From assembly GCF_009914755.1 (NCBI RefSeq), contig NC_060947.1: a stretch of 64,000 nt of DNA; one strand, 5' to 3'. The notes below the pieces were generated by a model that saw only the letters and a program-made list of their open reading frames with translations, was not told the origin of the DNA and searched no databases. Origin of the DNA: the human T2T-CHM13v2.0 reference genome, Homo sapiens. This document shows positions 16,291-33,747 of this stretch, one piece after another. The position numbers and the translations under genes are program-made. The number at the start of each line of letters is the position of its first letter. The stretch's first letter is position 1.

Positions 16291-17042
16291 GACACAGTTT
16301 TAATGAACTAAGCAAAACATTTGATTTCTAAAATCCAGAGGGTTTTAAAATTAATCATTTATTAGGCTTTATTGTACAGCCAATGAGTCTTGTGCAAAAT
16401 CAAGAACAAACTAGACAAAAAAAAAATTTTAGAAGAATGTTCCTTGTAAAGTGCAATCTCCTCCCTGTTTCTTGTATATACCATATCAGTTCCAACTCTG
16501 CATAACTTGTTTTCCCAACCTCTTGTATCATCCTTCCTACCAAGTCTCCAATTAGCAAAATTCTAGCCATCTTTCTGCATTCATCATAATAAAGAACAAA
16601 TGATTATGTCTATTCATAAACTTCATAATTAGTTTAATATTAAATTCACAACAAAATAAGCTACACTGGAACTTATTCCTTAAAGAGCACACTGCCTTGA
16701 AAGCACAGTCTCTATGTTGCTAAGATTATGTAGGGTCCCAGGTTTAAGCCACTCTGAATCACTCAGATCTTATTCTTTTTCAGAGGCTCAGGAAATCTGC
16801 CACCCCATCACACTGAGAGGGTTAGCTAAATTAGCTATTCTAAGGAGGTAAACCTACGAACAATATAGGGGGAATAAGGCAATAAAAGGTTACTCATAGT
16901 GAAAATGCCAATGTGACATTTTCATTCCAGAGCCAAATTCAACTGAATCCTATTTCAAATACTAAAGTAGAGAAATGCATAATTTTATCTTAATGAAGTT
17001 TGTGCACTTTGCTAAGAACATTTATCGAGATGTGAATCCTCT

Positions 17043-17045
<3 letters not shown>

Positions 17046-17078
<33 letters not shown>

Positions 17079-17362
17079 TTCAAGGAGTCTCATTCTGTTA
17101 CCCAGGCTGGAGTGCAGTGGTGCAATCTTGGCTCACTGTAACCTCTGCTTCTTGGGACTAAAGCAACTCTCCAACCTCAGCCTCTCGAGTAGTTGGGACC
17201 ACAGGCGTGAGCCACCACACCCGGCTAATTTTTTGTATTTTTGGTAGAGACAGGATTTCGCCATGTTGCCCAGGCTGATCTCGAAATCCTGAGCTCAAGT
17301 TATCTGCCCTCCTCGGCCTCCCAAAGTGCTGGGATCACAGGCATGAGCCACCACACCCAGCC
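17046..17362 (-). mobile_element. AluJ
   Basis: Long T tract, antisense dimer; TSD gaatcctct. Confidence 0.95.
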
Positions 17363-18734
17363 GGAATCCTCTATTGCTTTAATAAGACAACATGATCTCT
17401 GCATTTGGGGTTAGTGATTCCTCCAGAATGGTTGGAAATTCTGAAAATTTTGAGACACTCTAGTCATATTTCCATAGATAATTTAATTTCTAGAAATTCT
17501 CTGCATTGTGGTACAATGATGAATGAAGTATTCCAAATATTATATATTCTGAAAAACACCAACTTAGCCAGAGATTTAGGAATAAGTGCCAAAGAATGTC
17601 AAAAAACTGGACACAGATTCTATGAAGAAAAGCCCAAAAAGGGCAAACACAGAATATAAAGGGTAAAAGGTCTTGGTGTTTCCCAAGTAAAAGGTGGACC
17701 CAGGAATAGTTAGTGATCTCTACTAGGGTAAAGAAATCCATATTGTTAATGAAATCTGGAGAGAGTTAGCTAAAGAATCATGGCTAATTTCAGAACTTAG
17801 CTGATTACTTGTAGAAAAGATTAAAAAAAAAAAGACACTGAGTTTGTGAAATGAAATCACAAAAGATCAATAAAGAAGATATGGAGTAAAGTATGTATAT
17901 CTCTTTCTTTCAAAAGATAATGTTGGCTTATACATATGACACATTTTGAAGGCTCTCAAGAAGCCAATCTTGATAATTCACTTATTTCTAATTATTCATA
18001 TTCTTTCAATGTGTTTTTGCCATCTCTGTTCAATGTTCTCCTGCCATTCCCCAATTGTGTAATGTAGTGTAAAAGACTTATTAAATTATAAAAATAAAAG
18101 TTTGAACGATACTTAGCAACAATGTGTTTTGGTTCTGAGCAGATGTACATCCATTTAATGAGTTTTCAGTACTTGGGCACATTGGGCAATTCTGCAATGG
18201 ATTCAGGTATCTGTGGGTTCTTATAAACCCATTACCATAGTCAAAATTGCATAATTTGGTAAAGTCCTCCTCTGCATAGGGCAATAAGTTTTGTGACATC
18301 CAATTCATCCCGTGCAACATTATCAAAGCAAAAAAATCTGATCAATCAATATATCTGTTTGTTGTACTTCAGATCCTGTATAACCCCTTTTACTCTAGTG
18401 TGCAATAGTTAAAAAAAGATTTCATAGATTTTAGACTTGTTTAAAATCATCTACATAAACATGACAAAAGTTAATCCATGGATTAAGGTACAAATTTCTT
18501 CAGCACATCATCCATTCCCATTTGATTAATTTCTCCAGTAATAGATATTACAGTCTGTAGCTTTTAGTAGCAGTGAATATCAATACTACAATTTTGCTAC
18601 GAAGCCTTTTCTTGCATCAACTGTGACTCTGTCAAAGAACTGAATAAAAATGAAAAAGGTAAGTAGTACATGAATATAATTTAATAGAGTCTGTTGGAAG
18701 AGTCACCTGAGATCCATCTCAACTTCTGAGAGAG

Positions 18735-18905
18735 GCAGTGCAGGCTGATGTGATAGCACTGACTTCAGCGTCAGCATCCCAGAGTTCTACCCTGGGGTTT
18801 TTACCAACTAGTTTTGTGACCCTAAGCCAATGACCTCTCCTTTCAAGACTCGAGGTTCTACATTTGGGAAATAAGAGAGCTTGATCTCCAAACCCTAACA
18901 CTCTA
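18735..18905 (+). mobile_element. MIR-family SINE
   Basis: 'ccagagttctaccctgg...accaactagttttgtgaccctaagccaatgacct' resembles the MIR core. Confidence 0.65.
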
Positions 18906-19099
18906 TAAATTTGAGAATATTATGTTTTGACAGTATGTGATCTGGTAATTCTAAGAAAATACAACTTTTAAAAAAATATAAGGCACTATCATTTGTATCA
19001 TCTGTATGCTTGAACATTCTAATCTGAAAATCCTTCTTAAAAGTCTACTGCATAATTGCATACATTATAGAGGAAAAAGAAGACCCTTCAGAGAAGATT

Positions 19100-19470
19100 A
19101 CTTAGCAGAATATAGTAGAGGAATATATATGTATGCACATATATAATACAGATATACATATGCATATATACATATGTAATGCATTTCTAGTACAGAATAA
19201 ATGATAAATATCATGAGACAAGTAGAAATAAAATGCTTTGGAAATACAAGGAAGTCATTGCTTTCAACTAGTAAGGTGGTTAAGAACTTTATGAAAAAGG
19301 TATTTGAACTGGATCTTGAAAGTTTTTATATCTGGCAAAAAATGGAGAAGGTAGAGGGAACTGGGTAAATAGAAGATGAGTGGTGGGAAACTGAGGCCTA
19401 CCCTGCAGGTGCAGTTTAGTGTACTGAAATTATTACAATGGTAAGAAACTGGAGGCAAGGAGATTAGTTA
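19100..19470. mobile_element. L2 fragment
   Basis: 'aaaaggtatttgaactggatcttgaaag...ggagaaggtagaggg' purine-rich L2-like pattern. Confidence 0.55.
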
Positions 19471-20189
19471 TTTTTTTATAAAAAGCAGCAGGTTTTGCTC
19501 TGCAGATTTTAACTCATCTTCCCTACAGAGCATACTCAATTATTCTTTATTTGTATATATTTCTCCATATTACTTAAAATGAACTCTGCTTGAGATACAT
19601 ACATTCATTATTATATAAATAAACCTGAATTTTTTCCATTTATTCTTTCAACAACAAAAATTTCATGGGTAAAATGAGATAAATACATGAATGCAACTTG
19701 AAAAGCAGAAATGCTTTATAGAAACAATGTATAATGATCTATTTTCTATCACAAAAATTGTCTTTCTACATTGTCACGTGGAGTGTTACTTAGTCAGGTG
19801 TGTAGTTGAAAATGATTTACAGTTGTTCATATTTTTAAATTTGTTAGCCCTCTTAGTTTAATCAATACCTAGTTGCAGAGATTTTTTTGAAGAACTTTGT
19901 AACCTAGGATTCCTGGTCCTTCTGCCTCCTAGCATAGAAAAAAAAGTCTTCACCAGAAGTGAAGCAGGCCACCCAAGATATTAGAGGAAAGCAACCATTT
20001 GACTGAAGTTTAAGCAATATTCTACACATGATTAATTACACTTTGTCTTGGAGTCTATCAGACCTAGATGTCAAGGAGATCTTCTCTCTTCCCATTATTC
20101 CTATTCCCACAGACCTTTTGGAGAAATATCATTCTATACTATTCACTAGGAATGAGCCTATCCTAAGGCATGTTCACTTTTACCCTACT

Positions 20190-20458
20190 CTTTTTATTTA
20201 TTTTTTATTGATCCATAATTATTGTATATATTTAAGGGTACATGTGATAGTTTGATTTTTTTCTGTTTTTTTTTAATGTAAATTTAAGGGGTAGACATGC
20301 AGTTTTGTTATATGGATATATTGCGTAGTGGTGAAGCCTGGGTTTTTAGTGAAACCATTACCTGAATAGTGTACATTGTACCTATTAAGTAATTTCTCAT
20401 CCCCTACTGCCTCCCCACCCTCTCACCCCTCTGGGTTTCCAACCTCTATTATTTTATA
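20190..20458 (-). mobile_element. Two short L1 3' termini (L1MA-like and L1PB-like)
   Basis: 'attgtatatatttaagggtacatgtgata' then 'cagttttgttatatggatatattgcgtagtggtgaag'. Confidence 0.8.
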
Positions 20459-21643
20459 GTCTAAAAGTGAATTAATATTGCTTTCTTTACTCTGGTTGCT
20501 AAGTCAAAGGTTTTTGTAGGAGAATATGAAAAATGTCATTTTCTCAGATGCCAACAATGTTTGCTATAAGTGTATGTGTATAAGTGTGTGTAGGTGAGGT
20601 AGAGGCCTTCTTGGATCACCTCTTTCCTTCCAGCTAACTCCATAACCTTACGTCTGTTTTTCAAACCGTCCAACTTCAAAATTCTGAACAAGTTTATTTG
20701 GATGAAAAAGCAGTACATTCAGCACAAAAGGAAACAAAAGGATTTGGAGAGAGGTGGTTATCTATAAAGAATGGATATTAATTTCAGGACCCCAAAGCCA
20801 TTTGATGCTACAAAGCACAGACATTGAAAGATCAGAATCTTCCAGAAGAAGCCACTTTAGTGGTTTTCATTTTTGACTTGTGTGAACACCCTAACTTTCA
20901 AGAGTGAATGCTCTAAACCTTGAATGTCTCTAAGTGTTTGGAAGCTCACAAGCTTACAGTCAGGATGGTCTGAATTTAGGTCGGAGCCTCTTTTTGAGAA
21001 AAAATACATCTTCTACATCTCCTCTGTGCTGTTTTGCCAGAACTTAGAACTGTTAAAGTGCCCAGAATTTTAAGTGACAGATATTACAGAGCGGTTTCTG
21101 AGAAGCTCAGATATCTTCTTTAAAATTGCTGGCTCCTCTAGCATAGATGGTGTTCATTGTACTGAGATGAGTACTCACTGCTCTATGGATTTATTGGAAG
21201 AGTTCCGGAGTGCTACATTAGTAACACTTTAGAAATGGTTCAATTCCAGTTCAGTGTTCTTCTCAGGTACCTGTGGCATTTTTTAAAGGACTTAGCCACA
21301 GAAACAGGTACTCACTGAATGTCAGCTAAGTGAAAAGCATTGATCCAAACATTGAGGTAGAGTGATCCAAGATGAACTTGAGATGTGGTCTCCTTGCCAG
21401 GAATGTATACTCTGAGTAAGATGATGAGGCAGCGATATCTGAGAGAATATCTGTAATTCCAGTAATACATGCTTAATATCTAGATAAATACTAAGCATGT
21501 GTTCTATTAGCACTCTGAGGAGATAAAAATAATACTCCATAAAGCTGAAGAAGGCTTCAAAGAGAAAGAGAAGTCCAAGATGAGCATTGTAGCATTTGTA
21601 AAGGCCATGGATAGAAAGGTGAGTGATTTTGATGGAGGGTAAT

Positions 21644-22197
21644 TGTGACAAGCATTCTCTAACATGGCCCTCACCGATCCCCACCTTCTGGTACTCATGC
21701 TGTCATGTTATACCTTCCCCTTAAGTGTGGGCAGGACTTATTGGCTTGCTTCTATTTAATAGAATATGGCAGATGTGATGGTATATCACTTCCAAGATTA
21801 GGCTGCAGAACCACTGTGGTTTCCACCCTGGAGATGCCCACTCTTGCTTCTCTGTCTCTCTCTTTCAAAAACCTTGCTCTAGGAAAAGTTACCTTTTTAT
21901 TGTGAGAAGGCCCACACAGCAAGAAACTTATATCTGCAGACAATACTCAGTGAGTCCCTAAAGCCTGCTAACAGCTACAGAAGTGAACTTGAAGCAGATC
22001 TGCTCTCAGTTGAGCCATGAGATGACTGCAGCCTGGCCAACACCTGGATTACAGCCTTCCAAGAGACACTGAGCCAAAGGTGCCCAGCTAAGCTACGCTC
22101 AGATTCCTGGCCCACAGAAAGCAATCTAATAAACATTCACTGTTTTAAGTTCTAAGCTTTGGGATAATTTATTACACAGGAATCGACAAAAAATACA
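21644..22197 (+). mobile_element. MLT1F-like solo LTR (MaLR)
   Basis: TG...CA ends; 'gatgactgcagcctggccaacacc', 'cccagctaagct', 'aataaa...tgttttaag'. Confidence 0.85.
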
Positions 22198-24479
22198 GGA
22201 TTGGGCTTGTAATAGTTTAAACCAAGGCTCAGAAGTTTAAGAAAAAATAAGACAAATCTCTGTAACTAGTCTTGGCACAGTGAGAATAACAGTTTTTTGT
22301 TTTCTTTGGCTTTTTCTTATTTTTTTCTTTTCTTTTCTTTTTTTTTTTTTGTTTTAAAGTGGGTAAGTCCATGTAAGAGAATAACACAAAGCAGAGATAA
22401 TTTTCTTTGTCCTAAGGACTAACATAAGAAAATAAATTGTCAACTTAAGCAGTTCAAAGGTTGCAAATTTGAATAAGTAAATACCAATTTTGTGAGCACC
22501 TAGAAAAGGAATAAAATCAAATTTGCAAATACTGGGGCCCTGGGTACAGGAAGATTGGAAGGCACAGAAAAGTTTTACTATTTTTAATGCAGCTTTGTTT
22601 ATTTGTGTTCATTAAAGAAAAACTTAATTTTCTTCTCTTTATCTAAAAAAATAGTAAACCATATTTTGTTTCATATTGATTATGTTTTTGCTAGCGCTCA
22701 CAAATGAACAGAAAAATGAAATGCTTGACATTTTCCTCTTCAGTGCTGTTGCTTAAAGGAATTAAACAACCAGGCCCAGGACAAGAATAAAATAAAAAAG
22801 AAGGCTTTTGTACTAAGCTGACTTAACCTGTTGAGTAAAATTTCTTAGGCAGTCAAGAACTCTCTAGTACACGCCCAGCACCAAAGCCCAAGATGCAGAT
22901 TATATCTGCTTGATAAAACATAACTTCAACAAAGGTGATTCCATTAAAATTCCTGGTATATTTGCCAAAGTTTAGGCTCTGCCATTCCTGGGAGAAATCA
23001 AGGACAGGCAGGTATTTACTAAATCCTATCTTTGTGTCTTACTGCTGATGGTGTCACGTTTTCCTAACTTCAGTTACAGCACATTGATTTTTATGTTTTA
23101 AACTATCTAATCCTCACAGATAGAACAGCATGACAGAAATTCAATTACATTTCAAATTGATGATATACTTTGGGCCAAAGCGATAGAACCATATCTTGGT
23201 TGTCTCAGAAGCAGCACATCACTAGGAATACTGAAGAGTTAAGAAAGTTTCCTCCATGTTGAAAGAATATGTCCCACTAGTTTAGAGGTACCTTGGCCCT
23301 ATTTATGTTTCAGACTGGAACAAGAGTGGTTTATATTTTAGTGCATCCAGAACTGCTGTTGTAATTATTAAAAAAAAGTTTAGCTCATTTATCACCAAAT
23401 ATATGCTCCACTAATGGACCCACTTATTGCTAAAATTTAGAAACTAGTAAAGCATAACTTTGACTCTTCCTCCCTACTAATGTTAAATATCATTCCCACC
23501 TGGTGCCCTGGGACACGTTATTCTCCGTTCTACCTCCAATCCTAGGTACGTATCTTTCTTTCAGTCCCCAGGTAAAGCAAATAGCCCAAAGGTAAATAAA
23601 ATATTGTTAAAATGCAATATTCCCTTTTCTTCATTTTTTCCCTTAAAACTGAGTTCTTCAATCCTTAACCATAAATACTATATATTTCCTGCAAACTAGA
23701 ACACACTGTGGATATTCAGAGTAGTTATTGGGTTAAAATTGCATATATACAATGTCTATCTCTATATGACAGGTATGCCTTATAATCACTACTCACCTCA
23801 TCCTATATCATCCTTGAGAATGAACAAAAAGAATAAAAAGTCCCTACCCTTATATTTATATACCTATTGTCACCATGGCTCTTCAGTAATGGTAATTCCC
23901 TTCTCATTACTGTAATGAGACCCATAATATAATAGAAAGTTAGAGTTTTGAGGTTTTGCTGTCCAATACCTTCCTTCAAAAAAGGTCAAGTAATCTTTCT
24001 AAGGTTACGGAGAAAAAATCCGAGATATCTGGCTCCCAGTCTAGGGCTCATTTAGTTACATCATTTTCCATTACAAAATATTTAGCAGTTAACTAATTTA
24101 GAATTCATGAAAATTTCAGGATACATATTATTCCATTAACAACTCTCAGCCTGATTTCCCTCAGGCTACTTAGTAAATGAAAATACTTGCCAGTTTTCTC
24201 ATTTATTCATGCATTGATGCCACAAATATTCATTAAGCCACAATCTATGGAAAAAATTATGTTTGTGATACAGGAATGAGTAAAGCATATCCCCCTGTCC
24301 TATATATCTTTCATGGTAAATAAAATGGTTGCTTCATTTAATCTTTTTGCCACCAGCTTTTTAAGCTACTCAAACAAGAACAAGCCAAACAACTAAACAA
24401 AGGACTTTTAGAAGTTCCCAGAACATTATTTTTCTTAATCCATTTGAAGTGGCTTCTTCTTGTTAGAGTAGCTAATATC

Positions 24480-27390
24480 GTACTAACCAAGAGGCACTAT
24501 GAGGGAGGCATAAAAATATAAACAGCTATGTTCAGGCCTCAGAGAAACATAAAAAGCTAAAACTTGAGGGGTAACATTCTAGAGAGAATAAAAACACATT
24601 AAGGCGATCCATGCATTCTTAGTAAATGTTTCCCTCAAGGCATTTTCCAGTTAACTGTGTGGTATATACGGAGGCTTAAAAAGATGCTACATTATGTGTC
24701 ATTATCACTGATATTTGAGATTGTGTCAATAGTATCAAGTAAGAAGAAGATAAAGGGTGAGAACTGAAAAAAAAATCAGTAAAAGCTGAGAACCTCCCAA
24801 ATTTAACAAAAGACATAAACATATATTCCAGAACCTAAGAGAATCTCCATAAAGGCTACTGTATGCTTCCAGCCCTGGCTCCCACAACTGTACGTGCACA
24901 CACACTTTTAGTTTAACTCTGGAGCTGCCCATACGCATGCAAACAGCCTAACCCCTGTCACCAGCCCAGATGGCCTCTGTAATGGTGTACGTGCAAGCTG
25001 ACAGCCCCCGATGTCATATTTGCACCCATAGTCAGGCCCAACCCCTGCCTTTGACCTCAGTCTTCATCACCATATGCGAGCCTATAGCTGGCTTCTGCTG
25101 CTATGTATGTGCCTACAGATGACTACTGGAGTGAAGCATGTGCACGCAACTGGCTCTGGCTTCCACTGTAACTAGACCTGGCCCCTATCACTAGGCAAAG
25201 AAACATAGCTGATAACCCCCCTAACAAACCTCCCAACCTCTGCAGCCCTCCCACAGCTCCTACGACCAAGGTCCATGCAGGTACTAACATCAGAGACCCC
25301 AGTTGCTGAAGTTGACAAAACTCAGTGCCCCACCCCCAGAACTGGAGCCACTGTGCACACCCATACTTGGTGCCTCACACAAGTAGAAACAGTACCACAG
25401 CATTCCCCAGTATGTCTCTCCTCCACTACTTCTCAGGTGAAGGTCTTTCCTAACCAGAGTCAGTCCACAAAGTCTGGAAGAAGCGACTGCTTCTTCATAT
25501 TCACAGACATTTGCATAAAAATACAAGGATCATGAAGAATCAGGAAAACATGACACCACCAAAAAGCACAATAAACTTTTAGTAACTGATTCTAAAGATT
25601 TGGGAATACACAAATTGCCTGACAAAGAATTCAAAATAATTATTCTAAAGAAGTTTAGAAAATTATAAGATAATACAGATTAAAAAAGTAATGTAGTCAG
25701 AAAAACAATAAAAGAAAAAAATAAAAAGCTAAACAGAGATTGAAAAAATTACAAAATAAAAGTTTTGAGGCTGAAGAATACAATGACTAAACTTAAAAAA
25801 ATGCAACAGCAAGCTTCAACAGGAGACTAGATCAAGTAGAAAAAGGATTAGTGAACTTCATTTGAAATCATTCATAGAAGAAAAAAATAAAAAAGAATGA
25901 AGAAAGCCCATGAGATCTATGGAACAACATAAAGAGAGCCAATTTTCGCATACTAGGAATTATAGAAGCAGAAGACAAAAAGAAAAGAATAGAAAAATTA
26001 TTTAAAGAAACAATGGTTGAAACCTTCTTAAATCTAAGAAAAGATACATTCAGGTACACAAAGTTTGGAGGTCTCCAATCAAATTCAGAACAAAGAAGAG
26101 TTTACCAACACAAATTATTATGAAATTAACAAATGTTAAAGACAAATAATTCAAAGAAGCAAGAGAAAAGAAGCATACTACATACAAGGGAGACTCAATA
26201 TGGCTATCAGCAGATTTCTCAGCAGAAATCTGGCAGGCCAGAAGAGACTGGGATGATTTACTTAAAGTGCTGAAAGAAAAAGAAAAAAACTGACAACCAA
26301 GTGTACTTTACCTGGAAAAGCTGCCATTCAAAAATAAAAGTGAAATAACGACTTTCCAAGACAAACAAAAGCTGAGGGAGTTCATCACCACTAGATCTGT
26401 CTTAGAAAAAATGCTATAGGTAGCTTTTTAAGTTGAAAGAAAAGTATGCTAATTAGTAACATAAAAGTGTAAAAATCACTGCCAAAAGTAAGCACATAGC
26501 AAAACTTAGAATATTCTAGTACTATTATTATGCTCTACCAATCAATTGTATCTCCAGTATGGAGGTGAAAAGACAAATCTATTAAAAGCAACTATAAGTA
26601 CAATAATTTATTAAGGAATACACTTTATACAATGACTTAAAGTGTGGCAGCAAAAACATAAAATGATGAAAGGGGAGTAACAATGTAGTTTTTATGCAAT
26701 CAAAGTTAGTTGTTATAAGCTTAAAATAGCCTGCTTTGAGTAAAAAAAAATGTTTTATGTAAGTTTCATGGTTATCACAAAGCAAGGACCTATTGTAGAT
26801 ACACAAAAGATGGAAAGAAAGGAATAAAAATATACTACTACAGAAAATCGTAAAACCGCAAAGGAAGACAGCAAGAGAGGAAGAAACAAGAATCTACAAA
26901 ATAGCCAGAAAAGAATTAAATGCCAGAAGTAAGTCCTTACCTATCAATAATTAACTTGAATGTAAATGGATTATATTCTTCAGTCAAAAGACATGAAGTA
27001 GCTGAAAAGATTTAAAAAAACTAACACCCAAGTCTATACTGCCTACAAGAGATTCATTTCACTTTCAATGACACATATATACTAAATATGAAGGGAAAGA
27101 GAAAGATATTCCATACAAATAGAAATCTAGAGAGAGCAGAGGTAGCTATACTTATACCAGACAAAATAGACTTTAAGTGAAAAAATGCAAACAGAGACAA
27201 AGAAAGTAATTACATAATGATAAAGAGGTCAATTCATCAAGGGGATATAACAATTGTAAATGTGTATGTACCCAATATCAGAGCTTCTAAATATATAAAG
27301 CAAATAATGAAAGATCTAAAGGGAGAGATAGGCACAGGAAGACAAATACTGCATAATCTCACTCATATGTAGAATCTAAAGAAGTTAATC
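24480..27390 (+). mobile_element. Old L1M 5'UTR, ORF1 and ORF2 endonuclease start
   Basis: 'gacaaagaattcaaaataat', 'gcagatttctcagcagaaa', 'aagctgagggagttcatcacc', 'aacttgaatgtaaatggatt'. Confidence 0.85.
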
Positions 27391-27392
27391 TT

Positions 27393-31394
<4,002 letters not shown>

Positions 31395-32117
31395 AACCAC
31401 AAAGAGATACCATCTCACGCCAGTCAGAATGACGATTATTAAAAAGTCAAGAAAAAACACATGCTGATGAGGTTGCAGAGAAATAGGAATGCTTGTACAC
31501 TGTTGGTGGGAATGTAAATTACTTCAACCATTGTGGAAGACAATGTGGCAATTCCTCAAAGATTTAGAACTGGAAATACCATTTGACCCAGCAATCCCAC
31601 TACTGGGTATATACGCAAAGGAATATAAATCATTCTATTATAAAGATACATGCATGTGTATGTTCATTGCAGCACTATTCACAATCGCAAAGACATGTAA
31701 TCAACCGAAATGCCCATCAATGATAGACTAGATAAAGAAAAGGTGGTACATAGACACCATGGAATACTATGCATCCATAAGAAGGAACGAGATCACGTCC
31801 TTTGCAGGGACATAGATGAAGCTGGAAGCCATTATCCTCAGCAAACTAACACAGGAACAGAAAACCAAAGACCCCTTGTTCTCACTTTTAAGCGGGAGCT
31901 GAACAATGAGAACACATGCACACAGGGAGGGGAACAATACTTACTGGGGCCTGTTGGGGAGGGTGGGGGAGAGGAGAGCATTAGGGAAAAGAGCTAATGC
32001 ATATTGGGCTTAATACCTAGGTGATGGGTTGGTAGGTGCCACAAATCACCATGGCACGCGTTTACCTATGTAACAAACTTGCACATCCTGCATATGTACC
32101 CCAGAACTTAAAAAAAA
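31395..32117 (+). mobile_element. Older L1PA (about PA10-13) 3' end
   Basis: HCWWECKL motif; 3'UTR 'gggcttaatacctaggtgatgggttg...gtaccccagaacttaaa'. Confidence 0.9.
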
Positions 32118-32173
32118 CAGAATTACATGTAAGACCTGAAACTGTAAAACTCCTAGAAGAAAACATACGGGAT

Positions 32174-32504
32174 GGCCAAGCACAGTAAAATGGTGAACTG
32201 ACTCATGCCTGTAATCTCAACAATTTGAAAGGCTGAGGTGGGCAGGTTGCTTGAGCCCAGGAGATTGAGACCAGCTTGGGCAACATGGCAAAATCCTGCC
32301 TCAATTTAAAAAAAAAAATATATATATATAGAAAAAATTAGCTGGGCATGGTGGTGCATGGCTATAGTCTCAGCTACTTGGGAGGTTGAGGTGGGAGATC
32401 ACCTGAGTCTGGAGAGGTCAAGGCTGCATTGAGCTGTGATCGTGCCACTGCACTTCAGTCTGGGAGACAGAGTGACACTCTGTCTCAAAAATAAAAATAA
32501 AATA
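32174..32504 (+). mobile_element. AluJ
   Basis: 'ttgcttgagcccaggag', 'gaggtcaaggctgca'; TSD agaaaacata; about 13 extra nt near the 5' end. Confidence 0.92.
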
Positions 32505-32990
32505 AGAAAACATAGAGGAAAAGCTCCACAGCACTGGTCTTGGCAATGATTTCTTGGATGTGACCCCAGAATCACAAGCAACAAAAGCAAAAATAGGTAA
32601 GTTGGGACTACATCAAACTAAAAAGCTTCTTGATAGCCAAGGGTATAATTAAAAGAGTGAAAAGACAACCTATGAAATGGAAGAAAATATTTGCAAAGCG
32701 TGTATCTAGTAAGGGGTTAATATCCAAATTATATAAGGAACTCCTACAACTTAATAGCAATAAAACAGCCTAGTGTTAAAATGGGCAAAGGACTTTAACA
32801 GACATTTCTCAAAAGAAGACATATGTAATGGCCAACAGGTATATGAAAAGATGCTGAACATCATTTATCATCAGAGATACACAAATCAAAGCCACAATGA
32901 TGTAACACCTCGCACTTGCTAGGATGACCACTATCAAAACAACAGAAAATAACAAGTGCTAGTGAGAGTGTGGAGAAAATTGAAACCCTA

Positions 32991-33560
<570 letters not shown>

Positions 33561-33712
33561 TTATTCAGCCTTTAAAAAGAAGGAAGCTCTGTTACATGCT
33601 GCAACATGGATGGACCTTGAAGACATCATCCTACATGAAATAAACCAATCACAGAAGGACAAATACCACGATTCCACTTTTATGAGGCATCTAATTTAAT
33701 CAAACTCATAGA

Positions 33713-33747
<35 letters not shown>

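Larger units (their letters stand above)
17400..21100 (-). mobile_element. Putative highly decayed Ty3/Gypsy-type LTR retrotransposon internal region (gag-pol), interrupted
   Basis: Manual minus-strand translation gives, in order, CNIC..GH, DSDLSMSVL, ILKLDGLK, MDDVL, VYVDD and FGILHSSLYHNAENF; many stops and frameshifts. Confidence 0.5.

Noticed and set aside
18300-18345. FDNVARDEL as a non-LTR RT 'KAFDxV' motif
   Set aside because: Needs a frameshift and lies downstream of YVDD on the minus strand, the wrong order for a LINE RT.
18560-18664. Plus-strand donor AAG|gtaagt at 18658 (similar donors near 34678 and 54256)
   Set aside because: Isolated donor-like motifs with weak acceptors and no recognisable coding frame; expected by chance.
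20633-20766. Plus-strand exon after ttccttccag (NSITLRLFFKP...)
   Set aside because: Unrecognised peptide ending in a stop, no clear donor; overlaps the minus-strand protease-like motifs.
21322-21684. 120-aa minus-strand ORF
   Set aside because: Spans an L2-like relic and the MLT1 edge; no recognisable domain.
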